From positions 2,099-66,098 of the forward strand of contig JACRPR010000009.1 in assembly GCA_016223105.1 (NCBI GenBank): DNA of 64,000 nucleotides. Reading direction: 5' to 3'. The position numbers and the translations under genes were made by a program. Shown here piece after piece: positions 35,673-43,367 of the stretch (position 1 is the first letter of the stretch; every line of letters begins with the position of its first letter). The notes below the pieces were generated by a model, which saw only the letters and a list, made by a program, of their open reading frames with translations, had not been told where the DNA came from and ran no database searches. The DNA comes from Chloroflexota bacterium (lineage in GTDB: Bacteria; Chloroflexota; Anaerolineae; UBA4142).

Positions 35673-37022
35673 TCACTTGACCTGGCACGGCTTGTCGCCG
35701 CTACTGGGATCGGGCGACCAACATGCGGCTTTTAGTTCAGCCATCAGCGCGTTGAGCTTCGCGCCTTCTTCGTCCAAAACTTTTTTAATGTCTTCGCCTT
35801 TGAGGACGATGCGCGTCAACGTGTCTTGTTGAATTTTGTTGAAATCGCCGGCTTTGCCGCCGAGACCGATCGGCAAGAGCGCGACTTTGGCATCGGACGC
35901 TTTGGATTGTTTCACCACACCGTCCAATTCGAGTTTCACATGCGCGGGCACATCGGCGGGCAAACCGGTTTCCAACACCGGATAGAAATTTACTTCGCGC
36001 GTGGTCGCGGCTTGTTGCACCGGTTGGGTGAGATAGTCAATCAACGCTTCCGCGCCGGCTTTGTTCGGCGTGCCTTTCATAATGCCGAGACCGGCAAGCA
36101 CGCTCATATAGTAACGACCTTTCGGACCGGCGGGCGCGGGCGCGGCGAGAAAATCGTTCGGTTTGTTTTTGAACGCGTTCACGACGCGCGCAGTGTGATC
36201 AATCGTCACCCAAACTTCTTCGGAGAGCAACGCGTCTTGCATATTGTTGTACGTGGTGGATTGGGGATTGGTCTGCTCCCAGATCGCTTTGACATCAGTC
36301 CACATCTTGACCGCGTCATCACTCTTGTACGTCGTGACCAATCCGCCGGTGTACGATGGATACAAGTAGCCCTGGGTTAAGCGATGCATCAACCCGGTCG
36401 GACCCGCCGGTAAACCCAATTTCTTTTCTTTGGTTGCGGTGGTGATATTCTTGCCCCACTCGGCAAATTGCGCGTAGGTCAACGCGTCCACGTTCGCGCC
36501 GGCAGGCAAGTAGGGCAACGCTTTTTTGTTGTAGACCATAATGTAGGTGGCTTGCATCCAGGGGATGTAGTACTGTTTGTCGGAACCCAGTTTTCCCAGC
36601 GTCATAAATTCTTTGACGATGGAGCGGCTTTGCAATTTCGCGGCGAGCGCGGTGAGGTCTTCGAGCGCGTTGGCTTGCACCAGGTTGGGGAACGTGCCGT
36701 GCAACGCGCCGATCACACCGACGGTGATCTTGCCGGTTTTTTGTTCGGCGATGATGCGATCCATAAACGGCGCTTCAGTGGGATCCACGACGAAATCAAC
36801 TTTTGCCGCCGTGAAATCTTTGAGGATCACCGTCCGCATTTTTTCCTGTTCTTCGACGGGGTTGAACTGGGTCGAGGAAAAGAGCAAAGCTTGCGGCGCG
36901 GCGACAGTCGGCGCGGCGGTTGGCGGCGCGGCGGTTGGCGCCGGGGTTGGCGCGGGCGCGCACGCCGCGAGCAAAGTCAGAAGCATTGCGAGCATCGCAA
37001 TACGATAGATACGCTTGTTCAT
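35673..37022 (-). CDS. Sugar ABC transporter substrate-binding lipoprotein
   Basis: Lipobox LLAAC. GGAGGAG SD before ATG 37022. Confidence 0.85.
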   Translation of the reverse strand: MNKRIYRIAMLAMLLTLLAACAPAPTPAPTAAPPTAAPTVAAPQALLFSSTQFNPVEEQEKMRTVILKDFTAAKVDFVVDPTEAPFMDRIIAEQKTGKITVGVIGALHGTFPNLVQANALEDLTALAAKLQSRSIVKEFMTLGKLGSDKQYYIPWMQATYIMVYNKKALPYLPAGANVDALTYAQFAEWGKNITTATKEKKLGLPAGPTGLMHRLTQGYLYPSYTGGLVTTYKSDDAVKMWTDVKAIWEQTNPQSTTYNNMQDALLSEEVWVTIDHTARVVNAFKNKPNDFLAAPAPAGPKGRYYMSVLAGLGIMKGTPNKAGAEALIDYLTQPVQQAATTREVNFYPVLETGLPADVPAHVKLELDGVVKQSKASDAKVALLPIGLGGKAGDFNKIQQDTLTRIVLKGEDIKKVLDEEGAKLNALMAELKAACWSPDPSSGDKPCQVK

Positions 37023-37091
37023 CAGAATCTCCTCCGTGAGAAAAAACATTCGCTTGATGCGACGATCCTGGTTTTGGTTACGGGCGCGCCA

Positions 37092-38147
37092 TCACCTCCT
37101 TGCAACAGAATTTTTTACGCGGGATGAAATTTGAAACGCGGTGGATTCGCGAAGGATGAGTTCGGGTTGGATCACGATGTGCGGCTCGGAAATCGGCTCA
37201 CCGGCGATGCGTTGAAGCAACATCTCGACCAATTGGCGCGCGGTATTGTAGATCGGTTGCTTGAGCGTGGTGAGCGGCGGCTCGGTATGTTCCGCGTCTT
37301 CAGTGCCATCGTACCCGGCGATGGCAAGATCGCGTCCGATCACTAGCCCGCGTTCGCGCGCCGCGCGCATCGCGCCAATCGCGGTGAGATCATTGACGCA
37401 AATGATCGCGGTCGGCAATGGATTGGTCTGTGCGAGCAAACGTTGCGCGGCTTGATAGCCGCCGGTGCGTGTGAGATCGCTTTCGCCGACGAGGCGCGCG
37501 TCGAAGGGAAGATTGCCCGCGGCGAGTCCATCTTGATAACCGGCGAAGCGTTCGGTTTGCAGAGTGAACTTCGCGGGCGCACCGATGTACGCGATGCGCC
37601 GGTGTCCTTGCGCGATAAGATGCTGGACGAGTTGCACAAACCCGGCGCGCGAATCCATTTCGATGTACGGAAAATCGAGCCGCATCCGCGCGTGCCCGTG
37701 CGCGACGAATGGAAAATCATTTTGCGCGAGATATTTCACGCGCCAATCTTTCAAACGCAAGCGGTTCAGGATGATGCCATCCACCGGGCGGCTTTGCGTC
37801 CAGCGCGTGTAAATGTGTTGTTCGGCGTCCGAGTCGGGCGCGGCAGTCGAAATCAAGAGGTCGAGATTGTGCGCGGCGGCGGCATCGCCCAAACCGGCGA
37901 TGAATGTTGAGGAAAAGGGATCGGTAAAGTACGGCGGTTGCGCCGGGAGAATATAGCCAATCGCGTCAGTGCGTTGGCGGCGCAGTTGACGCGCGGCGCG
38001 GCTGGGCACGTAGCCCATTACGCGCGCAGTGTGGATCACGCGCGCGCGCGTTTTGGCGGCGACATCAGCATAGCCGTCGAGCGCGCGCGAGACAGTGGTA
38101 ATTGAGAGGTGGAGACGTTTGGCAACGTCGCGAATGGTGACAGCCAT
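37092..38147 (-). CDS. LacI-family transcriptional regulator
   Basis: MAVTIRDVAKRLHLSITTVSRALDG HTH plus a periplasmic-binding-fold domain. ATG 38147; the listed ORF extends upstream across the promoter. Confidence 0.9.
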   Translation of the reverse strand: MAVTIRDVAKRLHLSITTVSRALDGYADVAAKTRARVIHTARVMGYVPSRAARQLRRQRTDAIGYILPAQPPYFTDPFSSTFIAGLGDAAAAHNLDLLISTAAPDSDAEQHIYTRWTQSRPVDGIILNRLRLKDWRVKYLAQNDFPFVAHGHARMRLDFPYIEMDSRAGFVQLVQHLIAQGHRRIAYIGAPAKFTLQTERFAGYQDGLAAGNLPFDARLVGESDLTRTGGYQAAQRLLAQTNPLPTAIICVNDLTAIGAMRAARERGLVIGRDLAIAGYDGTEDAEHTEPPLTTLKQPIYNTARQLVEMLLQRIAGEPISEPHIVIQPELILRESTAFQISSRVKNSVARR

Positions 38148-38152
38148 TTTTC

Positions 38153-38207
38153 TCCAAAACGTTTCGGATGATATTCCCATTATCTTCCAAAACGTTTTGG
38201 ATGTCAA
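38153..38207 (-). promoter_or_regulatory. LacI promoter TTGACA-17-GATAAT with two LacI-type palindromic operators
   Basis: TCCAAAACGTTTTGGA (38186-38201, perfect 16-bp palindrome) fills the -35/-10 spacer. TCCGAAACGTTTTGGA (minus-strand reading; 38153-38168) overlaps the RBS. Confidence 0.65.
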
Positions 38208-38213
38208 GTCCGC

Positions 38214-38309
38214 GCGCGATACGTTGTCGTACACATAATTCGTCAGCGCGCCATTGTTATACTGCATCAAACGATTGCCTACCACATCGAATGTGTACGT
38301 GATCGTGCG
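38214..38309 (-). pseudogene. Possible YD/RHS-repeat remnant
   Basis: Own translation TITYTFDVVGNRLMQYNNGALTNYVYDNVSR fits two YD units (Y.FD..GNRL......G....Y.YD). Only about 30 aa, with no surrounding ORF. Confidence 0.3.
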
Positions 38310-38454
38310 CGCGACACAACGGTGGTGTTGTCGACGTGCACGTCGGGATTGCGGTCGAACTCGGAAATTACAAGACGCGCATCGGCGTTATTCAACTCTC
38401 GATGGTCATTTGAAAAAGTGAGTCAGTTCACGCACGCGGTCAAATTTCGGGCAA

Positions 38455-38483
38455 CAAAAAAACCCTTGTTTTCAAGGGTTTTT
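38455..38483 (-). terminator. Intrinsic terminator downstream of the tRNA
   Basis: aaaaacccttg-aaaa-caagggttttttt on the minus strand. Confidence 0.7.
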
Positions 38484-38487
38484 CGAG

Positions 38488-38559
38488 TGCCGACGAGTAG
38501 AGTCGGACTACTGACCAAGGGCTTATGAGTCCCCTGCTCTACCACTGAGCTACGTCGGC
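38488..38559 (-). tRNA. tRNA with CAT anticodon (elongator Met or lysidine-type Ile2); atypical T-loop
   Basis: Hand-folded cloverleaf: GCCGACG/CGTCGGC acceptor, GCTC-AGTGGTA-GAGC D-arm, loop CTCATAA, AGTAG-TCCGACT-CTACT T-arm, A73, no encoded CCA. Anticodon arm and variable loop resemble E. coli ileX. Confidence 0.8.
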
Positions 38560-38589
38560 GAAAAGAGGTGTCCTGAACGGACGACGCGC

Positions 38590-38618
38590 ATTTTATCACG
38601 GCTTGGCGGTCTTGGCAA
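38590..38618 (-). promoter_or_regulatory. Sigma70-like promoter TTGCCA-17-TAAAAT about 30 nt upstream of the tRNA
   Basis: Hexamers read directly on the minus strand. Confidence 0.45.
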
Positions 38619-38622
38619 ATTA

Positions 38623-38736
38623 GCGCAACCAGAAATCGCGCGCGTGCGCTTGGCGCAATTCATGATCCGCAAAACGTCCATAGAAACGCGTCGTAACGGC
38701 TGGATCGCGATGCCCCAGCAATTGCGCCATTATCGC
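38623..38736 (-). pseudogene. C-terminal remnant of a tyrosine recombinase/integrase
   Basis: AIMAQLLGHRDPAVTTRFYGRF carries the LGH....TT..Y end-motif. The upstream catalytic boxes are absent. Confidence 0.45.
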
Positions 38737-38790
38737 ATCCTTTAGCCCCCGTTTGAAATTAGATGCTTGCCATATTTTTTGCAAAGTGAT

Positions 38791-38819
38791 TTGACCAAAC
38801 GAACGCGCGGTGATAAACT
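38791..38819 (+). promoter_or_regulatory. Sigma70-like promoter TTGACC-17-TAAACT upstream of lpdA
   Basis: Read directly. Confidence 0.4.
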
Positions 38820-38853
38820 GCCACACGATTTCAATTCACCCAAGAGGATACGA

Positions 38854-40242
38854 ATGGCAGACACACAATTTGATCTAATCGTCATCGGCGGCGGACCGGG
38901 CGGTTACGTCGCCGCGATTCGCGCGGCGCAACTTGGAATAAAGGTCGCGCTCATCGAACGCGATAACCTGGGCGGCATTTGTTTGAATTGGGGATGCGTT
39001 CCGACCAAAGCTCTGCTCAAAAACGCGAACGTTGTCGAAACGATCCGGCACGCGAACGACTTTGGCATCCAGATCGAAAAATTTTCCGCCGATTTTGGCG
39101 CGGCGATTGCGCGCAGTCGCGTCGTCTCGAATCGTTTGGTCAAGGGCGTCGAGTTCTTGATGAAGAAAAATAAAATCGAAGTGATCAAAGGCGAAGCGGT
39201 GTTGACTGCCGCGAATCGTGTCGAGATCAAACCGGATGGACGCGGGCTGACCGCAAAAAATATCATCGTGGCGACCGGCGCGCGCGCGATCACGATCCCC
39301 GGTTTGCCGCTCGACGGCACGGATGTGATCACATCGCGCGAAGCGTTGGAATTGCGCGAACTGCCTTCGCCCATCATCATCGTCGGCGCGGGACCGATCG
39401 GGATGGAGTTTGCGTACATCTATCGCGCGTACGGCGCGGACGTGACCGTCGTCGAAATGTTGCCGCACCTCTTGCCGCGCGAAGACCCCGAAGTGAGCGC
39501 GGTCATTGAGAAACAAGTCGGCAAAATGGGGATCAATTTCCGCGTCAACACCAAAGTCGAAAGCGCGGAAAAAGCGAACGGCAAAGTTCTGCTCAAGGTG
39601 TCAAGCGACGGCAAGACCGAAACGATTCAAGCGCAAAAAGTGTTGGTCGCGATTTCGGTGAAACCGAACAGCGAAAACCTGGGTCTCGAAGCGCTTGGCG
39701 TGACAATGACGCGGGGCGCGATTGATGTGAACGATCAAATGCAAACGAACGTGCCGGGCATTTACGCGATTGGCGACGTCACGATGAAACTGCCGCTCGC
39801 GCATGTCGCATCGCACCAGGGCGTCATTGCCGCCGAAGCGATTGCCGGCAAAAATCCGCGCGCGCTCGATCTAAACAACGTGCCGCGTTGCACGTACTGC
39901 ACGCCCCAGGTCGCGTCGCTCGGCTTGACCGAACAACAAGCGCAAGACGCCGGGCACGAAGTGAAAATCGGCAAATTCAATTTTCGAGCGAACGGCAAAG
40001 CATTGGGCATCAACGAGTACGAAGGATTTGTAAAACTTGTCGTGGATAAAAAGTACGGCGAGATTCTCGGCGCGCATTTGGTGGGACCGGAAGTAACCGA
40101 TCTCACCGGCGAATTGTCGCTCGCGAAATCAATGGAACTCACGCCCGCCGAACTCGCGCACGCGGTTCACGCGCACCCGACGCTCACCGAAGTGATCGCC
40201 GAAGCCGCGCTCGATGCGATGGGCGAAGCCATCCACCAATAA
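38854..40242 (+). CDS. lpdA: Dihydrolipoyl dehydrogenase (E3)
   Basis: GGGPGGY FAD motif, redox disulfide CLNWGCVPTK, C-terminal HAHPT. ATG 38854. Confidence 0.9.
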   Translation: MADTQFDLIVIGGGPGGYVAAIRAAQLGIKVALIERDNLGGICLNWGCVPTKALLKNANVVETIRHANDFGIQIEKFSADFGAAIARSRVVSNRLVKGVEFLMKKNKIEVIKGEAVLTAANRVEIKPDGRGLTAKNIIVATGARAITIPGLPLDGTDVITSREALELRELPSPIIIVGAGPIGMEFAYIYRAYGADVTVVEMLPHLLPREDPEVSAVIEKQVGKMGINFRVNTKVESAEKANGKVLLKVSSDGKTETIQAQKVLVAISVKPNSENLGLEALGVTMTRGAIDVNDQMQTNVPGIYAIGDVTMKLPLAHVASHQGVIAAEAIAGKNPRALDLNNVPRCTYCTPQVASLGLTEQQAQDAGHEVKIGKFNFRANGKALGINEYEGFVKLVVDKKYGEILGAHLVGPEVTDLTGELSLAKSMELTPAELAHAVHAHPTLTEVIAEAALDAMGEAIHQ

Positions 40243-40248
40243 CAGAAA

Positions 40249-40290
40249 ATCCAATGTCCAACCTCCAACTTCCAACTTCCAATTCCAAAC
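40249..40290. repeat. Single-arm heptamer array (NTCCAA[C/T] x6) overlapping the next start codon
   Basis: Read directly. Confidence 0.85.
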
Positions 40291-41642
40291 GCATCGCCAT
40301 CATCGGCGGCGGATTTGCCGGCATGACCGCCGCGTACGAACTCGGCAAACTCGGCTATCAAACTTTTTTGTTCGAACGCGCGTCGGAACTCGGCGGACTC
40401 GCGAGTACATTTCCGATTGAAGGGACGCGGCTCGAACGCGGCTATCATCACTGGTTCACGAGCGACACGCACATCATCGCGCAGATGCACGAGCTGGGGC
40501 TGGGTGATCGCGTGCAATGGATTCCCTCGAAAACCGGGTGGTTCGAGAACGGCAAAATCTGGAATATGGTTACGCCGCTCGATGTTCTGCGGCTCGGCAC
40601 AATTCCATTTGTGGATCGTTTGCGCTTGGGCTTTGCGGTCGCGTATCTCACGTATTTGCAAGCGTCGAAAAATAATCTTGCCAAGTACGAAAAAATTACC
40701 GCGCTGGAGTGGTGGAAAAAGTACGGCGGCAACGCGGTGTGGGACAAGGTGTGGAGTCCGATGTTTCGCGGCAAGTTTGGCGCGGAAGCCGAACATATTT
40801 CGATGGTATATATTTGGTACAAGATCGTTTTGCGGATCGGCTCGCGGCGCGGTGTGAGCAAAGAGGAGCTCGGTTATCCGCGCGGCTCATACCAGGTGTT
40901 GATTGACGCGCTTGAAAACGCGATTCGCAAACAGGGCGGCAAAATTTTTTGCGGCGCGACGGTGAAACGCGTCGTCATCGAAAATGGAATCGCGACTGGC
41001 TTGCAATTTGCGGATGATGAAACATCGCAAGCCGCGCAAAAGCAATTGGGCAACGCACAATTCGACAAAATCATTTGCACCGCACCGTCGTTCGCCGCGT
41101 TGAAAATCATTTCCGAATTTCCGCGCGAGTATGTCGCGAAAATGAACGCGGCGAAATATATGGCGGCGGTTTTGCTTGTGCTGAAACTGAAACAGCCGCT
41201 GACGCGCATCTATTGGATGAACATTGCCGACCGTTCGATTCCGTTTGTCGCGACCATCGAGCAAACAAATTTTCTTGCGCCGGACATTTACAACGGCAAG
41301 CGCGTGCTGTACGTGTCCAACTATCTCGACGCCGCGAGTCCGTACTTTCAAATGTCGCGCGACGAATTGTTCAACGCGTACTTGCCGCACCTGCAGAAAC
41401 TCAATCCTGGTTTTTCGCCGGGTTGGGTCGAAGAGACCTGGCATTTCAAAGAAGCCGCCGCGCAACCGATTATGCCGCTCAACTATTCGAAAATGATTCC
41501 CGAACATCGCACGCCGCTTCGCAACTTGTATTTGGCAAACACGACCCAGATTTATCCCGAAGATCGCGGCACGAATTATTCGGTGCTACTCGGACAAGAA
41601 ATCGCGGCGATGGTGGAAGAAGACGCGAAGCGTGATGCGTGA
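40254..41642 (+). CDS. FAD/NAD(P)-binding amine-oxidase/phytoene-desaturase-like oxidoreductase
   Basis: RIAIIGGGFAGMTAAYEL dinucleotide fold. The true start may lie slightly downstream of 40254. Confidence 0.8.
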   Translation: MSNLQLPTSNSKRIAIIGGGFAGMTAAYELGKLGYQTFLFERASELGGLASTFPIEGTRLERGYHHWFTSDTHIIAQMHELGLGDRVQWIPSKTGWFENGKIWNMVTPLDVLRLGTIPFVDRLRLGFAVAYLTYLQASKNNLAKYEKITALEWWKKYGGNAVWDKVWSPMFRGKFGAEAEHISMVYIWYKIVLRIGSRRGVSKEELGYPRGSYQVLIDALENAIRKQGGKIFCGATVKRVVIENGIATGLQFADDETSQAAQKQLGNAQFDKIICTAPSFAALKIISEFPREYVAKMNAAKYMAAVLLVLKLKQPLTRIYWMNIADRSIPFVATIEQTNFLAPDIYNGKRVLYVSNYLDAASPYFQMSRDELFNAYLPHLQKLNPGFSPGWVEETWHFKEAAAQPIMPLNYSKMIPEHRTPLRNLYLANTTQIYPEDRGTNYSVLLGQEIAAMVEEDAKRDA

Positions 41643-41652
41643 TGCGTAAAAC

Positions 41653-41850
41653 GTGAAAACAAAACGAAATTCACTCAAGCGCGATGCACTTCCGGCGCGC
41701 TTCAAAACCATTGAGGCGTTTACCAAATTCTGGGAAACTCACGACACGGAAGATTACCCCGAAGCGTGGCGCGAAATTTCTGTTGCGATCAAAATGAAGA
41801 CGCGCAAATATCCTCGTATTGTCGCGCCAAATCTGAAATCTGAAATTTGA
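41653..41850 (+). CDS. Small protein resembling the N-terminal part of BrnA/CopG-type antitoxins (tentative)
   Basis: FKTIEAFTKFWETHDTEDY resembles the F.SEEE...FW..HDS.DY motif of that family. No toxin partner seen. The 3' end lies in a heptamer array. Confidence 0.35.
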   Translation: MKTKRNSLKRDALPARFKTIEAFTKFWETHDTEDYPEAWREISVAIKMKTRKYPRIVAPNLKSEI

Positions 41851-41863
41851 AATTTGAAATGGA
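41829..41863. repeat. Single-arm heptamer array (AAATCTG/AAATTTG x5)
   Basis: Read directly; contains the stop of the small ORF and the RBS of the next gene. Confidence 0.85.
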
Positions 41864-41869
41864 GAACGA

Positions 41870-42649
41870 ATGAAACTCGCCATCACCGGCAAAGGCGGCG
41901 TCGGCAAAACGACGCTGACCGGTTTGCTTGCTTACGCATACGCCGCGCAAGGTCGCAAAGTGCTTGCGATTGACGCGGACCCGTCGCCGTGCTTGGGCGA
42001 CGCACTTGGTTTTTCCAAAGAGACTCTGCGCGGCATTCAGCCCATCGCGGAAATGGAAGAATTAATTCTCGAACGCACCGGCGCGCAAAAAGGACAGTAC
42101 GGCGGCTATTTCAAAATCAACCCGCGCGTGGATGACATCCCCGATCGTTTTTCCGCGCTGAATCGCGACATTAAATTGTTGCAACTCGGTTCGGTGGACA
42201 CTGGCGGATCGGGATGTATCTGTCCCGAAAGCGTTTTGCTCAAATCGCTCGTTACGAACATTTTGCTCGCGCGCAACGAGGTTGTGCTGATGGATATGTA
42301 CGCCGGCGTCGAGCATCTGGGTCGCGCGACGGCGGATTCGGTGGACGCGATGTTGATCGTCGCCGAGCCAACCGCGCGTTCGCTCGGCACCGCGGCGCAG
42401 ATTCGCGATCTCGCCGGCGACATCAAGATCACGCGACTGTTTCTCGTCGGCAGTAAAGTGCGCGATGAGAGTGATCGCGAATTCATCCAAAAAAATTCGC
42501 CGGGGTTGAACGTGCTCGGATTCATTTCCGCTGATCCGGCTGTGCTCGAAGCGGATCGCAACGGCTTGGTGCTGTACGATCTCGCGCCAACGCTCGCGGC
42601 AGAAGCGCAAGCGATTGTCGCCGCGCTCGATCAGATAATTACGAAATAG
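41870..42649 (+). CDS. CooC-like MinD/ParA-family P-loop ATPase (metallocentre maturation type)
   Basis: ITGKGGVGKTT deviant Walker A and a GCICPES CxC motif. Confidence 0.75.
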   Translation: MKLAITGKGGVGKTTLTGLLAYAYAAQGRKVLAIDADPSPCLGDALGFSKETLRGIQPIAEMEELILERTGAQKGQYGGYFKINPRVDDIPDRFSALNRDIKLLQLGSVDTGGSGCICPESVLLKSLVTNILLARNEVVLMDMYAGVEHLGRATADSVDAMLIVAEPTARSLGTAAQIRDLAGDIKITRLFLVGSKVRDESDREFIQKNSPGLNVLGFISADPAVLEADRNGLVLYDLAPTLAAEAQAIVAALDQIITK

Positions 42650-42667
42650 CGACTGACCGGCAAAAAC

Positions 42668-42732
42668 TGGAGTCGAGCGGTTACGCGGTTTCTACTCTGA
42701 CCAGCAACCCGCTAAAGCGTCGAATCCAGTCT
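42668..42732. repeat. 'Element C' copy B (inverted relative to 21501-21566)
   Basis: tggagtcgagcggttacgcgg...cccgctaaagcgtcgaatccagtct. Confidence 0.7.
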
Positions 42733-42827
42733 AGGGAAATTCGTCACTCGCGATCAATGACGCGCGGCACTCGCGCAGATTTGTGTTTCGTGATACCATT
42801 CGCACAAATCTGCGAGAGGAAACGAAA

Positions 42828-43262
42828 ATGTACACGAAAACCATTTTGCACTGCGCGATCGTTGCGCTGATCGCCGGGGTGATGATCGGATGCGCCAGCA
42901 CACCAACGCCCCAATCGCCCGCGCCGACCGGCGTCCTCGTCGAATACAAACGCACCGGCGGGATTGCCGGGTTTAACGATCATCTCAGCATCAACGCGGA
43001 TGGCAAAACAACGTTGACGCGGCGCATCGGCAATTTTGAATTTACGATCACGCCGGAACAAATCAAACAAATTCAATCGGTGTTTGACCTTGCCAAATTC
43101 ACAACCTTGCAAGAACCTGCGTCGCGTTTGCTCGTGCCAGATGAATTATCGTACGTGATCACCTATCAAGGCAAAGCGTATCGCACATCGGACACGCGTT
43201 TGGTGAATGAAATTCAACCGGTGATGACGTTGCTCAACAGCATCGTGGATTCTAAAAAATAA
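42828..43262 (+). CDS. Small secreted lipoprotein, hypothetical (possibly emfourin-like)
   Basis: Lipobox MIGCAS. EYKRTGGIAGFNDHL is only loosely reminiscent of emfourin-type inhibitors. Confidence 0.6.
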   Translation: MYTKTILHCAIVALIAGVMIGCASTPTPQSPAPTGVLVEYKRTGGIAGFNDHLSINADGKTTLTRRIGNFEFTITPEQIKQIQSVFDLAKFTTLQEPASRLLVPDELSYVITYQGKAYRTSDTRLVNEIQPVMTLLNSIVDSKK

Positions 43263-43300
43263 AAACTGCGGCTGGAAAATTTTCCGGCCGCAGTTTTATT
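43262..43300. terminator. Bidirectional intrinsic terminator
   Basis: aaaaCTGCGGCtggaaaattttccgGCCGCAGtttt between convergent genes. Confidence 0.65.
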
Positions 43301-43367
43301 TTCGTTGACGCGACAATCTCTTTCATCGCATCGTGAGCGGAGCGAAGCGTAGTCGAACGATGCTTGG

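Noticed and set aside
38286-38830. Considered a prophage or genomic island anchored at the tRNA.
   Set aside because: Only about 38 aa of an integrase and about 30 aa of a YD repeat survive. No att-like direct repeat of the tRNA 3' end was found, and both flanks are ordinary metabolic genes. It is reported only as a scar.
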